From contig OZ218952.1 in NCBI GenBank assembly GCA_965112735.1, positions 2,170,001-2,234,000 on the forward strand: a DNA stretch of 64,000 nt, written 5' to 3'. Position numbers and translations under genes: made by a program. Position 1 is the first letter of the stretch, and each line of letters begins with the position of its first letter. This DNA is from Phaeosaccion multiseriatum. Its lineage: Eukaryota > Protista > Ochrophyta, other classes. The notes beneath the pieces are model-generated. The model was given only the letters and a program-made list of their open reading frames with translations. It did not search any database and was not told the origin of the DNA. Shown here one piece after another: positions 12,750 through 25,488 of the stretch.

Positions 12750-15700
12750 TCGATACATGAAGGCCTTGAGCTGACTGAAGCGGAAGCGACTGCCCGCCGT
12801 GATGGCCTGAGTCTGGTCCCCACAGGCCACGAATGTGGTGTGCTCGTCTCGCAGGCCGTCGAAGAGGCGCCACTGACAGGAGAGAAGGTCCTGCACCTCG
12901 TCCACGAAGATGGTGTCACAGAGAGAGAGCTTCGCCCCTGTCGGCAGGCGCTGGCTGAGGTTGGTCATGATGCACACGACATCGATGCCGTGCCGCTCTG
13001 CTCGCATGTCCTCATATCGCTCGAACAGCCTGTAGATCTGCATGCGCTCACTCGAGGAGGCCACGTCGTCGCCGAGCTTCCTGTACTCGTCCAGCGATAG
13101 ACGCCCCCCCGTGTTCTGCTTGATGACGGACATGAACTCGGTGAAGATGAAGTGGGCGGAGAAGTCTCTCTTGAGCTTGGAGTGGCCCGTCAGCGGCTCA
13201 AAATACAGCCTTTCAAAGCGCTCAAAGTCGATCACGTCCTCGTCTTGATATCGCCTTCTCCTGCTGCTGGGGCTCTCCTCCTCGTCGCCCTCTCTAACCC
13301 CCTCTGTCTGTGCCCCGGCTTCCACTGCTCCTGCTCCCGCGCCCACCCCCAGGCGCCTCAGCCTATCCTTAACGTCTCTGTCGTCCTCGCTGAGGTCTAC
13401 AAAGAGGCGTGCCTGTGGATCAAAGCGTATCGCCAATTGCTTGTCCAGGAGCTTCGCCAAGTCGAAGAAGGACACAAATCTTGTCCTCGTCTTTGCCACT
13501 CCAGACTGAGCGGTGCCATGCTCCGTCGTCTCTCCGTTAGTACCAGTGCGTATCGCCTCCTCCTCCTCCTCCTCCTCCTCCTCCTCCCCCTGCCGCCGCT
13601 GCCGCTTCTGTGGTTCGGCCTCAGTCAACGCCCCGGCTGGTTTAGTAGCAGCCTCGAAGGTGGCAACAAGTTTGGTAAACTCGTCATCCACAAGGCTGAC
13701 CAACCCGCGGCTCTGGCTCACAAACAGCTGGCGGGGGGGGGGCTGCTCGCTCAGGACGGCCTGCTGGTACGCCTCGAACAGTCTCTGGGCGAGCACGGAG
13801 GTCTTGCCCGTCCCTCCTCTGCCAATCACCACCACATTGCCGCTCTGCTCCACCGCCTTGCGCTGCTGCGCGTCCAGCATGTAGGGGATGTGGAAGGGCA
13901 CAACATGTCGCCTACCCCGTCTTGCGCTGCTGTCGCCGTCCTCATAACAGCTGTCGGTGTCGTCGTGGTCGTCCCTGCAGTGATTGACTAAAGCGCCGAG
14001 GATCGGGTCGTCAGAGATGTCAAACACCTTCCTCGACCCATCCGCAATGAGGGCCAGCAGTCGACGGGCCTGTAAGTCCTCCTTAAGCCCGATGAGTTTG
14101 AGTAGCTCGGCAGGGTTGGGGTGTGTCAGTCTTTTCCCGACACGCATCACACAAGTCCTGGCTCGCAAGTCTGCCTCCTCCTCCGCTCCAACTCCTGTGA
14201 GAAACTTGAGCCACACCTTGTTGATGCTCTCGTTGGACGGCACCAGGTCGAACGCGTATAGTACGTGCTTCGCGTTGTTCACGCCTATAGTGAATACCAC
14301 TAGCGGGGACTTGCCCATACCGCTTCCGCCGCCTCCTCCTCCCCCTCCTTGCCTTCTCTCTGCATCACCCCTTCGGTCCCCACTTAGGCGCGCCACGAAG
14401 AAGAGGTCCCCTGCGAAGACCCGGACTCGGCGTGCCGCATGTCTCTCCGCCGACACGACGTAGGGCTGCGTGATGTAGGTGGAAGGCCACTGGCCCGACC
14501 GCATAGCCTCAAAGGTCTGCAGAAAGTCAGTCCTGAGGCCGTTGGTCTTCCGTACCTTGCCTATGAAGGCCTCCGAGGCGGTGAGGTCCCAGGCATGACG
14601 GCTTGTGCTGGTGTCGATGGAGGCGAAAGCGCCCCTCCCGATAATGTCGGAGCGGCGCATATCGGGTGGGAGATTGGTCGTACTGTACGATAAGGACAAG
14701 TAGCCAGACTCCTTGGCCGTACTGTACGATAAGGACGAGTAGCCAGACTTCCTCGCCGCGAGTACAGCCTCCCTCGCACGGATCCTCACGCTCGCGCTCT
14801 GATGCAGTGAGTCGCATGCCTCCGAAACGAGTGTGTCGAATTGCTGCTCGTCCCATTGCCCGCCCCCCTCCCGGGTGTCGCAGAAGTGCGAGAAGCGACG
14901 CCACCATTTGGATGACGGCGCGTTGCGGCCAGCAGCAGCAGATGAATGAAATGCTTTCCTATCGCCGAAGACGATGAGATTTAGCTTGGCGCGTGTCAGG
15001 GTGACATTCACACGTCGTGCGTCGTTCACAAAGGCCGAGGAGCTGCCCACCGCTACCCGAGAGACGATGATGACTGTGGGGCAGGGGGGGGGGAGCACAG
15101 CAGAAGGAAGGTCAAGGAGGGGGTGGGGTGAGGAGGAGAGGAGGAGCAAAGGGCAAGTGGGGAGGGAACCTGCAGCAGGAAAGACAAGCCAAAGGGGCGT
15201 TCCGGAAGCATGGAGAAGGGTACTTTGGTACAGCTGGATGAATAGCCAAGGTGTGTTCCCGGCCAGTATCATAGCCCCGCGATGCCTGCGAGTGAGTCTC
15301 CGCTCCAACACACTCACCGTCTCGCTCCTGGCCTTGGAACCCATCCACCGAGTTCACGTCGACCTCCACACCGGCGCTGGCGAGAGAGCTCCGTAGCTTG
15401 TGAACCGCGCCTTCGAGGAGCTTCTTCTGGGCGGTATAGGGAGTGATGACACCCACTCGCAAAGCTCGCAAAGCCGCCTTCTGCTTCTTCTTCTTCTTCT
15501 TCTCCTGCTGCCACAGTCCCACACTTCGAGTCAGGGTGAGGAGGTGTGCGCACACGAGAGATGCCTCTTCGATGTTGGACTTGCTGCCGGAGCTGTCCAT
15601 CTCCAATTGCGAGCATGCGTGCTGCACGAACAAGAGGGGCGGGAAACGAGCATACCAGGCCGCCGCTTCCTCCGCGTATTGCTCCACGTTGCTTCCATCC

Positions 15701-17950
15701 GCAATTCTCCCACCATAAAAGTGCGCGGAAGAAAAGGCTGAGATGTGGGGGTGCATGCGGTACTGAGTGGAGAGCAGGTGGTAGTGGGGATGGCCCTGCC
15801 CCTGCAGACGCTCAAAGAGGCTGCGCTGATACCCCGCGTCGACGCACGCTTCGGAGAACACGGTGCCTGGCAGCTGCCGAGGATCGCCCACCAACACCAG
15901 CGTTCGCAGGCCCTCTCTGAGCAGACAAGTCGACTCGGCCTCGACGGCTTGGGCCGCCTCATCCACCACCACCACCCGGGGCGACAACGGCAGACTCTGC
16001 ACCCTCTTGGAGAGGCTCATGTTGAGCGTACAGAAGAGCACTCGGGCCCTGAGCAAGAACTCGTTCGCGAGCCGATTGTACAGGGCTCCGGTGTGCTTGT
16101 GCCCTCGGTCAAGGACCAGTAGCGGTGGCGGCTTTCCCTTTCTCACCTCGTCCACCTTGATGCTCAAGCTCGTGGCCTCCCCAATCACGCCCTCGAGGCC
16201 CCTCAACAGCCCTGCAAACACCTCCGCGCCCACCTCGACGCTCATTCCGTCGCCCTCGCCCTCCTGCTCCTGCCCATCCGCTGTCATGGCGTCACTCAGC
16301 AGCTTCTTCGCCACGTCCACGGATGCCGTGAGTTCACTCAGCGCGGTGGTGGAGTGGCGGCACCCGCTTTCTTCATAGATCTTGAACAGTGCAGGCAAGC
16401 GCCGGTGCATGGTAAAGACATTCCTGCAGCTGCTACTCTCCTCATTCAACACGCCGTCCTTGAGCTTCAAAGCCTCCAAGCGCAGCGTATGGACTGCCAG
16501 CAGGGCCCGTTTCACTCGGCTGTCGAGGTGGCAGGGCTCGAGGCACTCGAATTCGCCCTCCAGCAGCGGGGCCATGGTCTCTGGCCTGCAGATGACCACC
16601 ATGTCTGTGTCTGACACCACACTCGGGTCTCGCTGGAGCCACAGGGCCTTCGCCACCGCGAGCATGGCAATGTTTGTAGTTGTTGTGACCATGATGGCGG
16701 GTCCCCCCCCTCCCCCCTTCTGCTTCTCCTCCTCCTCCTCCTCATTGGTGAAGAGTAGGGTGTTGATGAGCCCAACCGTAGTGGTCGTCTTGCCCGTTCC
16801 AGGTGCTGAATATATATATACGGCATCAAGAGAAAGGATACAACAGCAGCAGCAGCAAAACATTGTGGTTAGCGCCAACGAGTGGCTGGTACCGGTGGGG
16901 GGGGGGGGGGGGGAGAGTGGAAGAAAGGCACAAACAGCTTGGCTTGTGCTCCCGCCGGCCCACTCACGTCCTTGGATGAGGCAGATGCCGCCGTTTCCGC
17001 CTCCCGTCGTGTCCATCCGCACCACCTCGGCCACCGCCTCGGCCTGCGGGGCATTAAGAGGTCTACCTCGCGTGTACCGGAGAGCCTTCTCCACCAACTT
17101 CTGAGCCCATCCCTCCTCCTGCCCGTCATCCTGTCCATATTGCGGGCCCCGTTCCTCCTCGAGGCCGAAGATATGCCTCGCTACGACGCTGTGCGAGAGC
17201 GACGGACGCAGTAGCATCGTGTCCTTTAGCGACCCAAGGAAACGGTCTGTAGACAAGCCATTGGAGAATACAGTCACCTTCAGCTGCTCGCCCGGGTTGG
17301 GCAGCTCCAGGCCCCAATATTGGCAGCAGAAACACTTAATAAGTGGCCCGTCCTCTTGGTGGAACTTGCATGCTCGAACAATGAACCAGCCACAGCACTC
17401 ACGAGGATCAGGCGCATCAGGCGAATGCCGCCGGTAGAGAGCTGGCGCCATACCTCTGCTGAGGAAGCCAATGTCGCCGGGAGAAAGCTCTTGCCCTACC
17501 TCTGCCGCGGTCAGTTTGAGGAAGCCGCTCGTCCCGTCGTCACCGCCTCGTGATGACAGCACGTGCATTGTCTTGACCTTGAGGCCAGTGCTGCCATCCT
17601 CTGAACCTCCCACCGCACACTGGGCATCACGAGCGAGAGTTGCCCGGAAGTTCTCCTGGTAGTCGTTGAGCACAGCAAGCAACAAACAAACAACACAAAC
17701 GAGGGGATAAGCTGGCTTGTCTCACTCTCGCTCATTGCGTCCAGCTAAAAGGGTGCCTGAGCCATTCCGCCTACGTTGCACGCACCTCCATGGGGCACAC
17801 GAAGACCTGCAGACTCCTCCATGATGCCGGCTGAGCGTTGGAGCTGATGTCTAGGCTTTCAAAGGATAGCGCCTCCCGGTTGTTGGCGAAAAGAACACCC
17901 CTCGGGAGATTCAGCACCGCATCTAAGGACCGGAAGGGCTGCTCAGCCAT
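7478..17950 (-). CDS. ~3190-aa multidomain protein: Upf1/Sen1/Dna2-like SF1B helicase + putative RelE/ParE-like domain + UvrD/TRANK1-like SF1 helicase + TPR-like helices + coiled coil + C-terminal 60-aa Leu/Pro repeats
   Basis: Exons 17950-17786, 17655-16968, 16805-15318, 15073-12320, 12153-11992 and 11793-7478 are all GT-AG and total 9573 nt = 3191 codons. Helicase 1 motifs: QGPPGTGKT (formed by splicing), VVVVDEAAQ, LVGDPRQLP, SLFERL, LSTQYRMHP, NSVDGFQGQERD, RRVNVTLTRAK. Helicase 2 motifs: VIGRGGTGKTS, IFVDEVQD, CGDQTQAI, LRVNYRT, TVLEAKGLEFD, LKELYVAVTRSR. TPR-like segment: SSAEEWNARGETFVSRGLFEQAKGAF. Confidence 0.9.
7480..9030 (-). repeat. Coding tandem repeat, 180-nt (60-aa) period, about 8 units, built from 12-aa LLxxLPxxxxxx sub-repeats
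   Basis: The anchor 'cttcagcaagactgcaggtagctgagc' and variants recur at 7561, 7741, 7921, 8101, 8281 and 8461, with more diverged units at ~8641 and ~8823. Confidence 0.9.
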
Positions 17951-18320
17951 CCTTCAGCCCTGTGTTGAAGGGACAGTGCTGGTGCTGCTGCTACTGACGC
18001 GGCCTGGTCACGGCAAGGAGATCCTTCTTCAGAGCTAAACAAATAAACGAAAGATATGTGGAGACAGGTTTTGCCCCCCCCCCCCAAAGGCATTGCCAAA
18101 GGTCACCCACACCTTCGCCAACTGTGAAGTGAATTCCCGCGCAAAAAGAGACAATCGCAACTTTATTACTACAGTTGAAGTACTTCATACAGCGTTACGG
18201 CTTGCTTGCGGCATACAGCTTGCTGCTCTACTGGCGCCGCTGCTGCCGCTATTACCTAGTCCTGCACCCTGCAGACCTGTCTTTTGCGCCTTCCTCCTTC
18301 CTCTGTACTAAATGGCAGCA

Positions 18321-21300
18321 CTAAATGGCATATCCGCCGCCCGCGAACCTCCGACTGGCCGCGGCGTGTGCCCTGACTTGCTGCGTGGCGGGGCCTCTGA
18401 GGGCCTTCTCCTCGTCCGCCATTTCCCGCATGAGCGAGTCCTTGCGCTTCTGCTCGTACAGCTTGCGCTTGGTGTCTTGCAGCTCCCTGACCAACCGCTC
18501 TGCTTCATACTTGAACTCGTTGACTTGCGCCTGGTACATGTTGAGCTCTGCGGCCATGGCCTTCATCTGCCGGGACTTCTCCTTCAGCGACGCCTGCGTG
18601 ATCGACCGACAGATGACGATAGAAGGAGGAGAGTAGAGGACAAAGGGCACGCGGTAGAGGCCACAGAGAGGGTAAGAGAGCAAACGGTACGGGCCACAGA
18701 GCAGGGGGTAGGGAGAGGCCAAAGAGCGCGAGGCAAAACATTGCAACACACGACGTAAGTGGCGCATACCAGTGGGTCGGGGTCTCACTTTGGAGAGCAA
18801 ACGACAACTCGATAAACTCTCGCTGTCCTCTCCGTCTCTCCCTCTCTCTCTCACTCACACACACTATACACACACACTATACACACACACCAACGCACCT
18901 GGTACACGCTGAGCTGCTCCGCCACCTCCGGTCCGGGCTGTCTCGCGAGAATGGCCTTGACCTCCTTGTAGAGGTTCTCCTTCTCCTCGAGCAACAGGTC
19001 CTTCTCCACCACCTCCTCCGTCTTTGCTATGAGCCTCTTTTGCAGGGTCTGTATCTTTTGGATCATCTCGTACGTGGTGGGGTCGGAGCCCTCGAGCTTG
19101 CGCCACCGGTGCACATTCATTGGGTTCTATGGGCAGTTGATGATGATAATGATGGTGATGGTTTCGGTGGTGATGAGGAGGGACGGGCGAGAGAGTGAAA
19201 GAGAAGGCAAGAGAGGAAAGGTGCAAAAGGGCTCAGTGCGAAGTGCTCAATAGATGGCAATAGATGGCGGTGCGGAGTGGCGACGGGGGTTGGGGCGTCC
19301 TCTGAGAGTAGACCTGAGTCTGAGGGGTGGAGAGCGAGAGCAGGAGAGCGGGACACGCAGGCTTCCCCCTCTCGACAACCCATCTGTTCTACACTACACC
19401 TTCCCTTGCTTTGCCTGCCTGCTTGATCGATTGCTGGCTTTCCCTGCTGGCTTGGCCTGCTTACTTCCCTGCTTCCTTCCTTCCTTGCCGACTTGCGTGC
19501 TGGCTCGCTTGCTTGCTTACCTCGAGCTCCTCGCTGAGTGCCTTGACCTTGGTCTTCTCTCGCAGCATGTCCCGCTGCAGCTGGAAGAGCTCCCTCCGCA
19601 TATCCTCCATTTGGTTGTTGGAGCCCCTCGAAATGTTCAAGTCACGCGCCAAGTCGCTCACCTGGGAGGTGTACAAAGGGGAGGGGGGAGAGGAGCGAGC
19701 GAGAGAGAGATAGAGAGGGGGAGAGAGAGAGAGATGGAGGTAGAGAGAGAGTAAGGAGGGAGGGGCGACGTGTGCTTGTCTCAGTCCACGATCATTGCCC
19801 ACTTACTATGCTCGCCTCGATAGATACACGGCTAGCACAATGGTACAGCTCTCATTCAACACAGCCCGAGTTTCTCTCCTCGCCCTGTCTTCGATCCCTC
19901 GCCGTCTCTCTCCCCCTATCCTTCTCCCTCTCCCTCTCCCTCTCCCTCTCCCTCTCCCTCTCCCTCTCTCTCTGCCCTGTCGGATACGCGCTCGTGAAGC
20001 ACTCCAGTTGCTTCTTACCTTGAGCTTGAGTGTGCGGATGTCTTGCAAGCGGTGCGCGTACGAGGCCTCCCCCTTCTTGAGGGTGCTCTGTTGGATCTTG
20101 AGTTTCTCGTACAGGAGAGCTGCGGGAGGGGCGAGAGGGAGGAGCACCAGCAGCAGAAATCGCAACAGCAGCAGCAATAGCATCAGCACGGGAAGAGGAG
20201 AAGGAGGGGCCCACGGGACGACTGGCGACGACGTATGAGCATGTAGGGTAGGGTAGGGTAGGGTAGGGTATGTATGACGACGGACGCACGCAATCAAACC
20301 CGGAGGATGAATGACCCTATAGGCAGTATGCCTGTGAACATGTAAGCCTGTATACCCGTCTGCGTACATGCCCTTACACCGGCCTCGTGAAGGGAAAGAC
20401 GACACACAACTCTACAGGGCCACAGCCTCTGTGGATAGGATGGGGTTCTTCATTCAATGGGAGGGGAAGGGGAGGCAACTCATCTCTTACCAAGCTCGTC
20501 GTTACGTCGAATCAGCTGTGTGCCCAAGATGTCCCTCTCATTGATCACCTTGGGGAGGAGGAGCGAGAGAGCACGCACGCACACACGTACACAGAGAGAA
20601 AGAGAGAGCGTTAGTGCGGAATGCCGCTGATGCGCACATACACACAAGAGGCCTCCGGAGGCCTTCCTACCCTACCTGATCGTACTCCTTCCTCTGCTTG
20701 AGGGCCTCGTCGTCCATGGTGCGGATCATGTTGGCGAGGCGGCGCACCTCAGCGTCCTAAGAGAGGCATATGGGGAGGGAGGGAGGGAGGGAGGGAGGGA
20801 GGGGTGGAGGGAGGGAGGGAGGGAGGGAGGGAGGGAGGGAGGGAGGGAGGGAGGGAGGGAGGGAGGGAGGGAGGGAGGGAGTGAGGGAGGGAGGGAGGGA
20901 GGGAGGGAGGGAGGGAGGGAGGGAGGGAGGGAGGGAGGGAGGGAGGGAGGGAGGGAGGGAGGGAGGGAGGGAGGGAGAGGGTGATTGGCTGTTTGCTTGA
21001 TGGATTCACAAACTCTTTGTTGGTTTGGTTGCTTTCGCTCATATTTGTGGATGGATGATAGGGGTTATGATCGATGGAATGGGCGATTGGCCCATTGCGT
21101 GCGTCAAGGGGAGGGGGGGCTCAGTCAAAGTCGAGCTGCGCAGCGTGTGTGCGTGCGTAACAAAAAGAGAGGGAGGGGGGACGAACCGCAGAACCGAGCA
21201 TGCACGAGCCCTTTTCGACTCAAGAGGCCCCAACAGACGGACGAAGTTGAGCCAAGAGGGTGCTGCAGACAAGAACAAAGAGTTCACACACCTGCTTGTG

Positions 21301-24300
21301 GATGACGTCATCGTTGCTGTCCAGGAGACGCTTCATGCGGTCAATCTCGTTGCGCATCTGCTCGCGCTGCTTCTCCACCCGTTGGTGATCGAAATGCTCC
21401 TGTGAATTGAGAAGCCATCAAGCAAGCCAGCAAGCGTTCCCAGGCATGCAGCAACGCGCGTTAGTTGGAAGAGACGCCCGGTACAAAGGATAGCGTGTTG
21501 ACTCCAGGACCACGGAAGGCGAGTGGTGACCGCCGTTACTTCTGCATCATCGCCCCTTTCTCTCGTCCCATCTCTTTTGTTCTCTACCTCCCCCCCCCCC
21601 CCCGTCCTTGCTTGGGCAGATTCTACTCTACCACCGCCACCGCCACCACTGCCACCACCGCCACCACCGCCACCACCACCACTGTTCCTGCATCTAGAAC
21701 TCTACCCATTGGCGACATTCTTACGTATGTTACGTACCTTGACAAGTGCGTGATCCTTGGCCGCAATCTCCTCCTTGAGCTGCTCGATTTGGTGACTCAT
21801 AATCTTGGACTTGCGCTTCATCTCGGCAATCTCGTCTTGTGCCTCGATGAAGTTCTTGGAGTAGAGGTTTCTGTCGCTCCTCACCCCCTCGTAGAGCTGC
21901 TGCTGCTGCTTGAGTTTGGCCTCCCACTCCGCGGACTTTTTGGAGAGCTCGTTGATGCGCATCTCACGCAGCTTCACGTCCTCAAGCGCCTGTAGAAAGC
22001 AACACACGCATACACACACCAGACATAATCACACACGCACACACACACACACACAGAGGGGTAGATACATTCAGATTCAAAGCAAAGGCACTCGCTAAGT
22101 CGGTGAGTCAGTCGATTCCCTCAGTCATCGGGCCATCCACGCGATTGGGCACGCACGCACGCACGCATGCACGCACAGGTACGGCATACACACATGCACG
22201 CAAGCACGCTCATACACACGCACCTGCAGGTACATGTTCTGTGCCTCCGACAGCTCCACGCCGCCCTTCTCTCTCTCCTTCTCGAGGCGGAATATCTCCT
22301 TCCTCTGCCTGGCCACCTCTGTCTTGTAGCTGCCAAGCTCGGCCTCCAGGCTCTGCACTATGCGCTCCTTCTCGCGCACCGTGTCTTCCACAGACCGCAC
22401 CTGCACACAGACACAAACACACAGACACAAACGAAACGCACACAGAGACACATACACAGCACACGCACACATAAGAAGTGAGCGTTACACACTTGGCGTG
22501 GAGCGTAAGTGTGACATATCGTGGGGCGCCAGGACATGGGGAGCGCCTCTCATCGCCGCTCGCCTATCCTGGGCTGGCTGTTACGCATGTGTGCAGGCGT
22601 CTGTGCCTTCCTTCCTTCCTTCCTTCCTTCCTTCCTTCCTTCCTTCCTTCCTTACCCGGTCTGCTTCTTTCTGTGTGCTCTGCAGGGCCAGTGCGTTGGC
22701 CCTCTCGCTCTTCTCAAAGTCCTTCCTGAAGCTCTCCTCCTTCCGCCGCAGCCGGTCCATCTCCCTCTCCAGCGTCGCCGTCTGTGAAGAGCCCGAGGCG
22801 AGAAGGCGAGGAGGTCATATTAGAATGTGTTGGTGTGTCCAGCTCTCATGGCCCGAGAAGGTGGTGGGGTTAGGTTGGGTATATAAGACTCCTGCCTTTC
22901 TGGCTGGCTGTTCGTCCGTCTCCGGTTGTCTAGCTATGCGAAGGCCTGCCTGACTGTCCTCTCCCATCCCACCTGTCTCTGTGCCTCAAGCAGGGGCTCC
23001 TTGCTATTCTCCAGCAGGTTGCGCAGCCTCTCGGTTTGCGTTCGCTCTCTCTCGAGCTTCCTCTCCCACGTGCCCACCTCCGTGCGCAGGAGGGTGGCCT
23101 CCTCCCCCTTGGCCTTCATCTGCACTCATTCGTTTCGTTCATTCCATCATGCACACATACGTTCACGAGAAGAGGAGTCCGAGACGGGGTTCAGGGTGGA
23201 GAGGGAGTTTGGCAGCAGAGAGGGAGAGAGCAAGCGTGTGGGGGTTAGAGCGAGAGAGCAAGCGTGGCCCGCAGAACAACAGTTCTACAGCACTCGACTA
23301 AGCAAGGGGCACCATCCCGCAGCCTCTCTTTTTGAGACGAGCTCTAGCTACGACGGGCTGCCGAGCCGAGAGGCATGCGCGCACACGCTCAGTAGCATCA
23401 AGGAACCCCCCCCCCCGCCCCCACTCTCGCTGCCTGACCTACCTGCTTCTGCAGGCCTGTGTTGTCGAGCTGCAGCTGATTGTTCTTGGCCATGTGGTCC
23501 TCCAAGTCCGATGTGAGCTTCTCCGTGCGGTTGAAGAGTGTGTCATAGTCTCGGAGGTACTTCTCCATGGTGGCTCTCGCCTCGTTAAGCTGCTTCTCCA
23601 GCGCCGTTGCCGTCATCCTCGCCTGCTGAGATGCCAGGTTCATCTTCTCGCTCTCCTCTGCGCCACGCACGCACGCACACAACACGCGCACACACACGTA
23701 GAGAGAGGGATAGAGTGAGAGTCACGAGACTGAGGCAAAGCTCTGCATACATGCTTGTACAAAGCTCTGCATACATGCTTGTACACCACTTTCTAAAGCA
23801 CGCCCCTCCGCCTCACCCGCGAAAGTAGCACCTTTAGCGAGGGTTTGACCCTGAAACGCACCCGAGACACCTCATTCGCACTTAATCGCAAGGCACACAC
23901 ACACACGCGCGCATGAGAAAGAGAGACGGGGCAAGTCCGAAACGCCCCCCCTCCCCCTCTCACCTATATCCTTCCCTCGGCCTCACCTGTTTTCCCGTCT
24001 AGCTTGAGACGCACGTCCCTGAGCTCCTTGTCGAGTCGCTCTCTGCGCCTCTGCTCTCGCTGGATCTCGTTCTCTTTCACTGAGGATATGGCAAGCGCAA
24101 GCGGGGCGGGGAGCATGGTGATGATGAGGACTGACTGTCGAGCACCGTTTCACACAACTGTGTCAGCAGGGGATATTAAAGGGAGAGGGAAGAGCACAAC
24201 CAGACCCTCTGACAGCCACGGAACCTCCCCTTCCCTCTCCCACTGGCTGTTGACTTACTTTGCACGATCTCTCTACTCTCGAGGAGGAGGCTCTCCTTCT

Positions 24301-25488
24301 CGTTTCTGTCTGTGGTAATGGCCACAGCGCTGTCGTTGAGTTCCTGCAGCTGCGTCTCCAGCATGCTGATGGCCTGGGACTGCTCCTCTGTGCGCCGCAT
24401 AAGATCGTCCCGCACCTGAGGAACGGGTTACGGTCACGGGGAGACGGGGGTGATGGGATGCGGCGGGGGGGAGGAGGGAGGGAGGGAGGAAGGGAGCGGG
24501 CCAAGGGGGGTGAATGGAAGTGAAAGGACGACCCAGAGCTTCGGTAGGAGGCAGAGGACTTCAGCGAAGGCCTGGGCAGATGAGTAGACACGAGGGGCTC
24601 TGAAGCCATTCTTTGGCACCCCTCAGTCCCACTCGTCCCCTCCCCGCAAGCCCGACCCCCTCCCCCCCTCCCTCGGAGGCTCGACCAACCGCACGCATTG
24701 TATTGCATAAGGGCTTCTCGCGTGTCTTGTTTCTCACCCGGACGAGCTCCTTGACCATGTTCTCCTGCCCCACGCTGAGTCCGGCCCCCCTCTCCACCAG
24801 CTTGGAGAGGTTTCCAATCTCGTCCTTGAGCTGTGAGATGGTGTCCTTTGCGCGCACTTCCTTCTCGTGCGCCACGTCCACCATTGTCCACGCCTTTTCA
24901 ATCTCCTTGCGCAGACTGCCGATAGTGTTTTGGTCCTCCTGGGAAAGCTTGAGGGCCGTCTGCACCTTGGCAGCATTGTTGACAATCTCTCCGTTGAGCT
25001 CTCGACACTTCTTGATGAGCCTCTTCTCCTGCTCGTGCGACTTTTTCAGGGCGCGGTGCAGCTTCTCGTACTCGAGTCGGAAACGCTCGAGCGACTTGTC
25101 GCCCACTAGCTCTCCGAGAACGTCCTGAAGAGGGGAAGAAGGAAGGCACAGCCATCCGTGTCAGAATGAGGAGAGGCAGGGAATAGAGGGAAGGGACAAA
25201 GGCTGCGCTGATCTCTTTCTCTCCCTTTCCAACATCATGGTTTTGGTGATACCCCGTATTCCCTGGTGACAGCCCACAAGCAGTGCCCCATTTGGCTCGC
25301 CCTGATCAGTTTACCACCAACCAACGGAGACTCCTGCCAGCGTCCCCTTGCCCGCCCCTCACCTGAAAATCTCTCTCCAGAGCCTCGAAGGCACTGCTAT
25401 TAAAGTCGAGCTCCACATCATCCGCCCGTCCTGGCTTCTTTAGCTCGTCCCCTGCTGCTGAAGGCCCCGCCAGCGTGTCGTCCGCCAT
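18321..25488 (-). CDS. CFAP58: Cilia- and flagella-associated protein 58 (CCDC147/FAP189 family), ~16 exons
   Basis: Spliced coiled-coil protein with family-typical segments: AFEALERDFQ|DVLGELVGDKSLERFRLEYEKLHRALKKSHEQEKRLIKKCRELN, LYEGVRSDRNLYSKN, ENPMNVHRWRKLEGSDP, ILARQPGPEVAEQL. GT-AG junctions were checked at several exons. Confidence 0.92.
20774..20980. repeat. (GGGA)n intronic microsatellite
   Basis: About 200-nt tetranucleotide array in a CFAP58 intron, reading (TCCC)n on the sense strand next to the 3' splice site. Confidence 0.95.

Noticed and set aside
16806-16967. Apparent insertion breaking Walker A of helicase 1 in the 857-aa ORF
   Set aside because: It is a 162-nt, stop-free GT-AG intron; its removal restores QGPPGTGKT.
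7478-17685. Three separate genes (1438, 1026 and 857 aa ORFs) as an operon-like cluster
   Set aside because: Helicase motifs continue across phase-compatible GT-AG introns, giving a single reading frame.
23735-23786. Short intronic tandem duplications (also 35840-35917 and 52726-52791)
   Set aside because: Two-copy local slippage duplications with no terminal repeats or other sign of function.
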